Notes under the pieces: model-generated
What the model was told of the DNA's origin: nothing
What the model saw: the letters and a program-made list of their open reading frames with translations, nothing else
The model's database searches: none
IMG/VR virus record: IMGVR_UViG_3300025103_000029
Coordinates: 1 to 49,185 of that record
Strand: one strand, 5' to 3'
DNA length: 49,185 bases
DNA from: a virus
Lineage: Duplodnaviria; Caudoviricetes
Program-made: the position numbers and the translations under genes
Part shown: positions 29,379 through 37,823 of the stretch, piece by piece
Layout: each line of letters begins with the position of its first letter
Numbering within the stretch: the stretch's first letter is position 1

Positions 29379-30689
29379 ATGCCAACAATAAGCTCAGGAG
29401 ACGGTCTTTCATTAAACAATTTAGCAGGTGCAACCGGTACAACACAAAACTCTAATGTATCATTAGGTACTATTAAAGGTTCACCATCTGCAGGTGATGA
29501 TATTGGACTGACTACATTTTGCATAGATGAAATAACCGGTTTAACTGGATTTACATATGCGATTGAATCAACAACAGAAACATATTCACTTGGAGTAACA
29601 AGTCCTGGTACAAACTATCTTTCAACAGTTGGTGCTTATAGTGGAAATGTAACTTGGACAGTTCCAGTAGGTTCAAAATTATCAGTAAATACTAATAGTG
29701 GAATATCTGCAACATTTAATGTAGCAGCAATGGATAACTCGGATGGAATATTAGATGGAGCAATAACACATACCATTCGTGCTGTATATTCAGATGGATA
29801 TAATGACCACCTTGATTCTGGAGATGGATATGGTACAAATTTTGATAAAACAGTTTATTCAATTGATTCTTATGATGGTAATACAACAGGATTATGTTTA
29901 ACATCAGATACACCTATTACTTTACCTAATGGTGAAGTAATTCCAATTGGAGATGCTGAAGAAGGAATGAAGTTAAAAGGATATTCTTTAAAAGGATTGG
30001 GAGATTATGATGATTCTGAATATATGAATTGGACTTCTACTGATTTACAACCAGAAATGGATGTAGTGGAAGTTGAAAATGTAGTTTTCTCATTTGCAAG
30101 TAAATATTATGATATAAATAATGGAGATGTAAAATGTACATCTGAACATCCTTTCTTAGTATTGGAAGGTGGTGATTATAAATTTAAAAGAGCTCACTTA
30201 TTAGGTGAAGGAGATATTTTAATAAAAGGTAATGGTAGTGAAGTAGAACAAGTTTCTATTTCATCAATTGAAATTATCGAAGAAGATATAGAGATTGTAT
30301 CATTAGATGTATCAAATACAGATACCTATATAGCTAATGGATATATAACTCACAACAAAGGAACAAACTCACATACAGATTTTGATGGACCAACTGCACC
30401 AACAAGTGTATCATACTCACATCCAAACTTATCATGGAGTGGTGGAACACCTGATACTGATTCTGGTGGTATTACAGGATATGATGTACAAGTAGATAAT
30501 AATTCTGATTTTTCATCACCTGTTATAAGTCAAACAAATTGGAATGCATCTTCAATGCAGTTATCAGGAGCAATTTCAGCTGGAACATATTATGCAAGAG
30601 TAAGAAACATACAATCAGGATTAAGGTCTGATTGGACAACTGTTGGTGGTAATAACTCATCTATTAGTGTGAGTGTGTGGCCTCAATAA
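29379..30689 (+). CDS. Virion-associated protein with a Hint (intein-like) domain and a C-terminal FN3-like domain
   Basis: CLTSDTPI...TSEHPF...LDV...TYIANGYITHN; then PTAP...LSW...ITGYDVQV...YYARVR. Confidence 0.8.
   Translation: MPTISSGDGLSLNNLAGATGTTQNSNVSLGTIKGSPSAGDDIGLTTFCIDEITGLTGFTYAIESTTETYSLGVTSPGTNYLSTVGAYSGNVTWTVPVGSKLSVNTNSGISATFNVAAMDNSDGILDGAITHTIRAVYSDGYNDHLDSGDGYGTNFDKTVYSIDSYDGNTTGLCLTSDTPITLPNGEVIPIGDAEEGMKLKGYSLKGLGDYDDSEYMNWTSTDLQPEMDVVEVENVVFSFASKYYDINNGDVKCTSEHPFLVLEGGDYKFKRAHLLGEGDILIKGNGSEVEQVSISSIEIIEEDIEIVSLDVSNTDTYIANGYITHNKGTNSHTDFDGPTAPTSVSYSHPNLSWSGGTPDTDSGGITGYDVQVDNNSDFSSPVISQTNWNASSMQLSGAISAGTYYARVRNIQSGLRSDWTTVGGNNSSISVSVWPQ
29895..30356 (+). other. Hint domain, BIL/mini-intein type (Cys173-Asn326)
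   Basis: Block A C1, block B TxxH and terminal HN; the +1 residue is Lys; no homing endonuclease. Confidence 0.8.
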
Positions 30690-30718
30690 TAATTTTTTTA
30701 TGTTTTAAAAAAAACTAT

Positions 30719-30727
30719 ATATTTATA
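30719..30727 (+). promoter_or_regulatory. Putative late promoter ATATTTATA
   Basis: Recurring motif. Confidence 0.6.
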
Positions 30728-30761
30728 TATACACTTAACAATATTAATTAAATATATCAAA

Positions 30762-31061
30762 ATGGCAGAACAAATAAAGTTTACTGAAGAAGAAGTTTCG
30801 GAAATAAATACTCTAAGGCAAAACGTTGCAAACGTTTTTACGAGATTGGGACAACTTCAAATCGAAAAAAACAGAAGAATTTCTGAAATCGAAAATGTAG
30901 AGAAAGGTATAATAGCTGAACATCAAAATTTAATTGAACAAGAAAATACACTTTTTCAAGGTTTAAATAAGAAATATGGTGATGGTAATTATGACCCAAA
31001 TACAAATGAATTCATACCTTCAGAAAAAGAAACTGAAAGTATTAAAGAGACTAAAGAGTAA
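30762..31061 (+). CDS. Small coiled-coil protein, function unknown
   Basis: 99-aa helical protein ending KYGDGNYDP.T.EF; has its own promoter motif. Confidence 0.7.
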   Translation: MAEQIKFTEEEVSEINTLRQNVANVFTRLGQLQIEKNRRISEIENVEKGIIAEHQNLIEQENTLFQGLNKKYGDGNYDPNTNEFIPSEKETESIKETKE

Positions 31062-31087
31062 AAATTATATTTTGAATAAACTTATTA

Positions 31088-31096
31088 ATACTTATA
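31088..31096 (+). promoter_or_regulatory. Putative late promoter ATACTTATA
   Basis: Recurring motif. Confidence 0.6.
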
Positions 31097-31140
31097 TAAG
31101 AGTATTATTATACAAAAAACATAACAAGGAGTAAAATAAA

Positions 31141-33492
31141 ATGGCAGAAAAAATCGTATCACCTGGTGTATTTACAAGAGAGAATGACCTTTCTTTCTTA
31201 TCACAAGGGATTGGTGAAATAGGAGCAGCAATAATTGGACCTTTCCATAAAGGACCTGCTTTCGTACCAACCGTTGTTAATACGCAATCAGAATTTGAAG
31301 AAAAATTCGGTGTACCTGATGGTTCATACTATACAGGATATACCGTACAAAATTACCTTAGAGAAGCAGGAACAGTAACTATTGTTCGTGTTGGTCATCA
31401 AGGTGGATATTCACAAGCTAAACCAATAGGAATTGAAATAAGTGGTTCATCATCAGAAGGTGGAAGAAAATTAATCGGTGTTTTAAACGCAACACACAAT
31501 GGTTCTTTAACCGTTGGATTTCCTTCATGTTCTATTGATTCTACTGCGGAAGAATCCGTATTCAGTATTAGTGGTTCTAATATAGCAGCAGTATCGGCAT
31601 CTGTACTACCAAGTGCAGGAAATGATATATCAGACGTATTTGGAAGTAACCCAAGAGGTTCTAAAAAAGCGTATGCAGCTCAATATTTTGAAAAAGCTGC
31701 AACAGATTTTACTGATTGGTTTCAAAGTGGTTCTCAAGTATTACACAGAGAATTAGCTACACAAGATTTTACACAAGATATTCAACACGCAACAACTCCT
31801 TATATACAATCACAATTAATTTCAGGAGAAAGACATGATTTATTTAGATTCCATACTTTAGGTGATGGTTCTAATTATAATAAAGAATACAAAATTGGTA
31901 TCTTTAATGTAAAAGCAGCTGGTGCATCAAATGCAACTGATTATGCAACTTTCTCAATTTCAATTAGAAAGTATGGTGATATAAATAAAAGAACAAATGT
32001 ACTTGAAACGTTTAATAATCTTAACTTAGACCCAGCTTCACCAAATTACATTAAAAAAGTAATCGGTGATAGAAACGTTACTATTGATTCAAATGGTAAA
32101 CAAACTGAAAATGGTGATTATCCAAATAATTCAAAGTATGTAAGAGTAGATTGTTCAGAAGAAGGTTCATTCCCAATTACTGCAGCACCATTTGGACATG
32201 GAGCATATACAAATCCAATATATCATGGTACTGATGAATCATTAATTCCAGCGGTAATATTTGCAACTGGTTCAGAAAATAATAATGGTTCTAACTCAGT
32301 ACAATATAGTGGTATTGATTTAGAAACTGCAGTAGTAAAAATTGATAACAACAATTACTTAGCTCCAATACCTGCTTCGGCAACAGTTGGTGGTAATACT
32401 GCTTTCTCATTCGATGCGGACTTTACTGCAATCGTAACTGGTTCAGTTGGAACTAAGAACTTTGGATATTCATTATCAACATCTGATACTGCAACAACTA
32501 TTAATAAAAGACAATTTATCGTAGGATTCCAAAGTGGATTTGATGGTATCTCTCCAACAATCAAATCAGCTAAGTATGGTGATTCTGATTGGGGTGCAGG
32601 TAACTCTCAAGGATTTGATTTATCTACTTCAGCTGCTAATGGTTCAGTTGCATATGTAAAAGGAATAAACTCAGTATCTAATCCAGATGATTTCGATATC
32701 AACTTGGTATCTGTACCTGGAGTTGTAAGAAGATTACACTCTTATGTATTTGATAAAGTAACTGATATGGTAGAAGCTAGAGAAGATGCATTTTTCATCG
32801 GTGATGTAACTGATGGTGGTGATACAATATCTCAAGCAACTGCACAAGGTTCAGCAATCGATTCTAACTATGTAGGTACTTACTACCCATGGGTTAAAAC
32901 AATCGATAGAAACACTAATAAATTAACTGCAATTCCACCATCTGTATTGATGCCTGGTATATATGCAGCTAACGATGCTGTTGCAGCCGAATGGTTTGCA
33001 CCTGCTGGTTTAAATAGAGGTGGTATCGTAGGTGCGGTATCTGTATTAAACAGATTAACACACGCTGAAAGAGATACACTATATGAAGGAAAGATTAATC
33101 CAATTGCTCAGTTCCCGGGAGAAGGTATCGTAGCATTCGGACAAAAAACTTTACAAGATAAGGCATCTGCACTTGATAGAATCAACGTAAGAAGATTAAT
33201 GATTAAAGTTAAGAAGTATATTGCTTCAACTTCAAGATACTTAGTATTCGAACAAAATACTTCACAAACAAGAAGTAGATTCTTAAATACTGTAAATCCG
33301 TATCTAGAAGGAATACAACAAAGACAAGGATTGTATGCATTTAGAGTGGTGATGGATGAATCAAATAACACACCTGATGTAATCGACAGAAACATATTGG
33401 CTGGAGCAATTTATCTACAACCAACAAAAACTGCTGAATTCATCGTGTTAGATTTCAACATCTTACCGACAGGAGCATCATTCTCGGCATAA
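31141..33492 (+). CDS. gp18: Tail sheath protein
   Basis: SPGVFTREND; WFAPAGLNRG; LY..KINPI; GQKTL...SALDRINVRRL; FEQN; VVMDESNNTPDVIDRN; PTKTAEFI. Confidence 0.96.
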   Translation: MAEKIVSPGVFTRENDLSFLSQGIGEIGAAIIGPFHKGPAFVPTVVNTQSEFEEKFGVPDGSYYTGYTVQNYLREAGTVTIVRVGHQGGYSQAKPIGIEISGSSSEGGRKLIGVLNATHNGSLTVGFPSCSIDSTAEESVFSISGSNIAAVSASVLPSAGNDISDVFGSNPRGSKKAYAAQYFEKAATDFTDWFQSGSQVLHRELATQDFTQDIQHATTPYIQSQLISGERHDLFRFHTLGDGSNYNKEYKIGIFNVKAAGASNATDYATFSISIRKYGDINKRTNVLETFNNLNLDPASPNYIKKVIGDRNVTIDSNGKQTENGDYPNNSKYVRVDCSEEGSFPITAAPFGHGAYTNPIYHGTDESLIPAVIFATGSENNNGSNSVQYSGIDLETAVVKIDNNNYLAPIPASATVGGNTAFSFDADFTAIVTGSVGTKNFGYSLSTSDTATTINKRQFIVGFQSGFDGISPTIKSAKYGDSDWGAGNSQGFDLSTSAANGSVAYVKGINSVSNPDDFDINLVSVPGVVRRLHSYVFDKVTDMVEAREDAFFIGDVTDGGDTISQATAQGSAIDSNYVGTYYPWVKTIDRNTNKLTAIPPSVLMPGIYAANDAVAAEWFAPAGLNRGGIVGAVSVLNRLTHAERDTLYEGKINPIAQFPGEGIVAFGQKTLQDKASALDRINVRRLMIKVKKYIASTSRYLVFEQNTSQTRSRFLNTVNPYLEGIQQRQGLYAFRVVMDESNNTPDVIDRNILAGAIYLQPTKTAEFIVLDFNILPTGASFSA

Positions 33493-33516
33493 ATTAATTA
33501 AAAATAAAAAAGAACT

Positions 33517-33525
33517 ATATTTATA
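33517..33525 (+). promoter_or_regulatory. Putative late promoter ATATTTATA
   Basis: Recurring motif. Confidence 0.6.
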
Positions 33526-33551
33526 GTAGAATATAATTAGGAGAAAACAAA

Positions 33552-34043
33552 ATGGCAGAAGTATTAGAATTTAACGATATGTTTTATACCAACTTCGAAC
33601 CGAAGATGAAGAATAGATTCATCATGGAAATCGATGGTATCCCTTCATATCTTATAAAAACAGCAAACAGACCTTCAATACAATTTGAAACTGTAACACT
33701 AGACCACATTAACGTTAAAAGAAAACTTAAAGGAAAAGGTGAATGGCAAGATGTAGAGATTACTCTATATGACCCAATCGTTCCTTCAGGAGCTCAAGCA
33801 GTAATGGAATGGGTAAGATTATCACACGAATCTCTAACAGGTAGAGATGGATATGCAGATTTCTATAAGAAAGATATCCAATGTTACCTATTAGGACCAG
33901 TTGGTGATAAAATAGAACAATGGACTCTAAAGGGTGCATTTATCAACAATGCAGTGTTTAATGATTTAGATTGGGCAAATGCCAGTGATCCAGTTGAGAT
34001 TAGTTTAACACTTTCTTATGATTATGCAGTTTTAGAATTTTAA
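33552..34043 (+). CDS. gp19: Tail tube protein
   Basis: EPK..NRF; W..V.ITLYD; VMEW; YKKDI...LGP.G...E.W.L.GAF; L.YDYA; follows the sheath gene. Confidence 0.9.
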   Translation: MAEVLEFNDMFYTNFEPKMKNRFIMEIDGIPSYLIKTANRPSIQFETVTLDHINVKRKLKGKGEWQDVEITLYDPIVPSGAQAVMEWVRLSHESLTGRDGYADFYKKDIQCYLLGPVGDKIEQWTLKGAFINNAVFNDLDWANASDPVEISLTLSYDYAVLEF

Positions 34044-34070
34044 TACTCCCAAAATATATTTTTATAAAGA

Positions 34071-34099
34071 AAAAAGTTCTCTTAGTGAGAACTTTTTTT
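34071..34099 (+). terminator. Rho-independent terminator
   Basis: AAAAAGTTCTC-TTAGT-GAGAACTTTTT plus a T tract. Confidence 0.85.
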
Positions 34100-34132
34100 G
34101 TGTCTTTATTTTTCTAGTTTTTTAAAAGTTAT

Positions 34133-34141
34133 ATATTTATA
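34133..34141 (+). promoter_or_regulatory. Putative late promoter ATATTTATA
   Basis: Recurring motif. Confidence 0.6.
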
Positions 34142-34164
34142 TACGAACAAATAAAATAAATGTT

Positions 34165-34929
34165 ATGGCAAATTATGAATTTCCAACTGAAATAGTAGAT
34201 TTACCTTCTAAGGGTAAATGCTATGCAGAATCAAACCCATTATCAAAGGGTAGCATTGAAATCAAGTATATGACTGCAAAAGAAGAAGATATACTTGCAT
34301 CGCAAAATTTGATAAGGAAGGGGGTGGTACTTGATAAACTCTTCGAATCGGTTGTGGTTCAAAGTGATATTAATACTGATGATATTTTAATCGGTGATAA
34401 AAACGCTATTTTACTAGCAACTCGTATTTTGGGTTATGGTAAAGATTATCAAGTAGATGTAATAGACCCTTTTACAGGTGAACAACAAAAAACAAATATC
34501 GATTTATCTAAGGTACAGATAAAAGAATCTAACTTAGAATCATTTAGTAATGATAATAGATATACTTATGAATTACCTATTTCAAAAAAGAAAATCGTAT
34601 TTAAATTACTTACACATAAAGATGAAAAAGAAATAACTGCTGAAATAGCAGCGTTACAAAGATTACAAAAAGGAGAATCTGTTTCTCAAGATATCACTAC
34701 TCGTTTAAGATATATGATTCAAGAAGTAGATGGTAATAATGAAAGAGGATTTATAAATAATTACGTTAAAAATGGTTTATTAGCTAGAGATTCAAGAAGT
34801 TTAAGAAACTATGTAAAAGATTTATCACCAGATTTAGATTTAACATATGAATTTACATCAGATATAACAGGAGAGAAGGAGGCTCTTGATATACCATTAG
34901 GTGCCGGGTTTTTTTACCCTACCGACTGA
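34165..34929 (+). CDS. Baseplate hub/tail assembly chaperone (T4 gp26-like)
   Basis: LPSKG..Y; MTAKEEDIL; GD..AILL..RI..YG; ELP.SKK.I.FKLLT; ends GFF.P; lies between tube and tape measure. Confidence 0.7.
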   Translation: MANYEFPTEIVDLPSKGKCYAESNPLSKGSIEIKYMTAKEEDILASQNLIRKGVVLDKLFESVVVQSDINTDDILIGDKNAILLATRILGYGKDYQVDVIDPFTGEQQKTNIDLSKVQIKESNLESFSNDNRYTYELPISKKKIVFKLLTHKDEKEITAEIAALQRLQKGESVSQDITTRLRYMIQEVDGNNERGFINNYVKNGLLARDSRSLRNYVKDLSPDLDLTYEFTSDITGEKEALDIPLGAGFFYPTD

Positions 34930-35137
34930 TTACTCTATTCAACTCCATAATCAACTTTGGGAAATGGTTAATTATGGCAATGGTTTTACTTGGAAAGAAG
35001 TTTATACCATGCCAATACATTGGAGAAGGTTCTATTTCAAGAAACTAGTAGAAGCAAAAAAGAAAGAAAAAGAACAATTAGATAAATCTAAGAAAAAAAG
35101 TGGTCCAAGAGGACCAAATGTAAATGTGAGGAGGTAA
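34901..35137 (+). CDS. Chaperone extension ORF, probably reached by frameshift
   Basis: Overlaps the chaperone end in the +1 frame across GGGTTTTTTT; LH.Q.....G.GF....VY.MP..WR.FY motif. Confidence 0.6.
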   Translation: MPGFFTLPTDYSIQLHNQLWEMVNYGNGFTWKEVYTMPIHWRRFYFKKLVEAKKKEKEQLDKSKKKSGPRGPNVNVRR

Positions 35138-35157
35138 TACTTCCTCACTTTTTTTTT
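35126..35157 (+). terminator. Rho-independent terminator
   Basis: GTGAGGAGGTA / TACTTCCTCAC stem plus T9. Confidence 0.85.
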
Positions 35158-35175
35158 ACACTATTTTATATTTTA

Positions 35176-35184
35176 ATATTTATA
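35176..35184 (+). promoter_or_regulatory. Putative late promoter ATATTTATA
   Basis: Recurring motif. Confidence 0.6.
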
Positions 35185-35217
35185 GTAGTATAAAACTATA
35201 TAAAGGAAAACAATATT

Positions 35218-35430
35218 ATGTCCAAAAACAAAATAGATGAATTAAACATGGTTTCTCGTTTTTTCGGAGATGTATTTGATAATTTAAAAAATGGTACTGC
35301 TGATAGAATTATCAAACAAGTTAAACAACAAGGTATGCCAAAAGATGTTATCAAATCTATCGAACAACTTAACAAAGATTCAGAGAAGTTAAGAAAGACT
35401 TTAGAAAAACTTAAAAAGTATAACAAGTAA
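35218..35430 (+). CDS. Hypothetical 70-aa protein upstream of the tape measure gene
   Basis: ORF with AGGA upstream and a promoter motif. Confidence 0.65.
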   Translation: MSKNKIDELNMVSRFFGDVFDNLKNGTADRIIKQVKQQGMPKDVIKSIEQLNKDSEKLRKTLEKLKKYNK

Positions 35431-35449
35431 AAATAACGAAAGTTAAATA

Positions 35450-37813
35450 ATGGCTGGCGAAAGAAGTAGATTACAAGTTCTTAAAGAAATAGAAGCTCTT
35501 GAAAAGAAGATAGGGGATTTCAAGAGTAAGAACGATATGCGTCTTAAAAAGAGTAGAGGAGAGGAAAAAAAGCAGCTACAAGAACTTAGAGATTTACAAC
35601 AAGAATCTGCAGATATAAAGTTAAAAAATCTAAATGCATTATCTAGTGAAGAAAAAAGTATAGGAAATATATCAGGTTCATATAGACAACTTCAACAACA
35701 ACAAAGTGGTATATTAGATATTGCAAAAAGTTTAGATGGATTAAATTCTCAAGAAATTGAACATATTACTAGTGCACTCGAAGCTTCAAGAGATTTAGCA
35801 GACTTAAGTGCTGAGGATAAAATACAGATTGAAGAAAAAACTGCTGAATTCAATAAGCAACTAGATGCACTTTCAGCAATTGATGGATTTAATCAAGAAA
35901 TACTAGATAAATTAAGAGCTCAAAATACCGAAGCACAATCATTAGCTGGTAAAACCAAAGAACAAAAAGAAGTATTAGATAGAAGTGCACAAGCAAATAA
36001 AGAACTTCAAGCAAAAATGCAAGCATTTTCGGAAAATGTTGAAACTGCTATAACTCATTTAACAAGTATGAAGGGATTACTTGGGTTAGCACTAATCGGA
36101 GCAGGTAAGTTAGCAGATAAATTTTATGAAACTAATAAAACACTTGGTCAAGTAGGACAAGGTACAACTGAATTTTCAAGAGAAGCTAGTTATTTATCAT
36201 TTATCTTTGATGATGCAGCTTCAAGTGCAAAAGATTTAGCGGATAATTTAGGTGGGACGGATAGAGTTTCTGATAATTTGCAAAGGAGTACTCTCCTTAT
36301 AGCAAATAATATGGGTATTAGTGCAAGTGAATCTGCAACTTTATTAACAACGTTAACATATCTTAATAAAGGTTCATCCGATACTGCTGCAAATATGGCT
36401 GCAACTGCACGTTCATTTGCAAAAGCAAATAGTATTCCTATTTCTTCAATGATGAGTGATTTAGCAAAATCCACAGAAGAATTTGCATTATTTGGAAAAG
36501 AAGGTGGTAGAAATATTATTGAAGCAGTTGGTGCTGCTAAAAAGTTGGGTGTTGAAATGTCTACAATTTCTGGTGTAGCTGATAACTTATTAGATTTTGA
36601 AACATCCATATCAAAAGAATTAGAACTATCTGCAATGTTAGGTAGAAACATCAATTTATCAAAAGCTAGACAATTGGCGTTTGATGGTGACATGGCAGCA
36701 GCAACACAAGAAACTCTTAGACAATTGGGTGGTATAGCTGAGTTTGAGAAAATGAACTATTATCAGAAAAAAGATGCTGCCGCTTTAATGGGTGTATCTG
36801 TTGCAGAACTACAAAAAATGGTTACCAATCAAGGTTCTCTAAATGACTTACAAGCAGCTGGAAATGAAGAACTTGGTATTGCAAGTGAACTCTTTAGTAT
36901 GATAACTGGAAAGGGTTTAGGAACTGTCTTGAAATATGGAGGTGGTTTAATGTTGTTAGCATCTCTTGCATCTAAGACTGGTGGTGTAGTAGGTACTATG
37001 GGTAAAAACGTTGCGAGTAGTTTCTCAAGTATGGGTAGTGTTGTTGGAAATGTAATGAAAAGTGTTGGTAGTGGTATTAAAGGATTCTTAGGTGGAATAG
37101 GACGAGGAATAGGTGCATTCTTACAAGGAATAGCTACAGGATTAGTAGCATTAACTCCAGCAATACCTGTTATACTTACATTATCCTTAGCATTTGTTGC
37201 TATGGGATTTGCACTTAGATTAGCTGCACCTGCTTTTGAAGCAATCGGTAATGCGATTGGTACTACATTAGCTGGACTTACAAGTATGTTAGGAGTAGTA
37301 ACCTTAGAAAAAGCAGCTGCATTTGCGTTACTTGGGTATTCATTCCTAGGACTTGCAGTGGGTATAGGAGCTCTTGCGGTATCAGCCGCATTTGGAGGAG
37401 GTATCGTTGGTAGATTTATAGAAAGAATTGGTTCATTAGATACTACTGTTTTATCAAGAAATGCGATGGCAGTTAGAAACTTTGCAACAGGTATAGGAGC
37501 ATTAAATGAACAGATACAAAAATTAGATACTGAAAAATTAGAAAAACTAGAAGATGTTTCAGTTAGTTTATCAGTAGGTGCAGCAATATCGGGAGTAGCA
37601 TCTTCAATCGGTGGAATGATTGATTCAGCATCCGATGCGTTATTTGGTGATAGTGAATCAAGTGTAAACGAAAAAATGTTAGCTGAATTGGTATTAATAA
37701 AACAACATTTAGCAACACCAAGAGTAGTAAAAATAGATAGAGAAAAAGCTGGTCAAGAATTTGCAAAATCAACAGATTCTAGTTCAAAAAATGTATCAAG
37801 TATAGATAATTAG
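35450..37813 (+). CDS. Tape measure protein
   Basis: Helical Ala/Gly-rich protein; LLDFETSI.KELE.S..LGR.INL.KAR; hydrophobic Gly-rich C-terminal half; expected position. Confidence 0.8.
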   Translation: MAGERSRLQVLKEIEALEKKIGDFKSKNDMRLKKSRGEEKKQLQELRDLQQESADIKLKNLNALSSEEKSIGNISGSYRQLQQQQSGILDIAKSLDGLNSQEIEHITSALEASRDLADLSAEDKIQIEEKTAEFNKQLDALSAIDGFNQEILDKLRAQNTEAQSLAGKTKEQKEVLDRSAQANKELQAKMQAFSENVETAITHLTSMKGLLGLALIGAGKLADKFYETNKTLGQVGQGTTEFSREASYLSFIFDDAASSAKDLADNLGGTDRVSDNLQRSTLLIANNMGISASESATLLTTLTYLNKGSSDTAANMAATARSFAKANSIPISSMMSDLAKSTEEFALFGKEGGRNIIEAVGAAKKLGVEMSTISGVADNLLDFETSISKELELSAMLGRNINLSKARQLAFDGDMAAATQETLRQLGGIAEFEKMNYYQKKDAAALMGVSVAELQKMVTNQGSLNDLQAAGNEELGIASELFSMITGKGLGTVLKYGGGLMLLASLASKTGGVVGTMGKNVASSFSSMGSVVGNVMKSVGSGIKGFLGGIGRGIGAFLQGIATGLVALTPAIPVILTLSLAFVAMGFALRLAAPAFEAIGNAIGTTLAGLTSMLGVVTLEKAAAFALLGYSFLGLAVGIGALAVSAAFGGGIVGRFIERIGSLDTTVLSRNAMAVRNFATGIGALNEQIQKLDTEKLEKLEDVSVSLSVGAAISGVASSIGGMIDSASDALFGDSESSVNEKMLAELVLIKQHLATPRVVKIDREKAGQEFAKSTDSSSKNVSSIDN

Positions 37814-37823
37814 GAAAAATAGT

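Noticed and set aside
29895-30356. Canonical mobile intein with a homing endonuclease
   Set aside because: Too short for an endonuclease, and the +1 residue is Lys.
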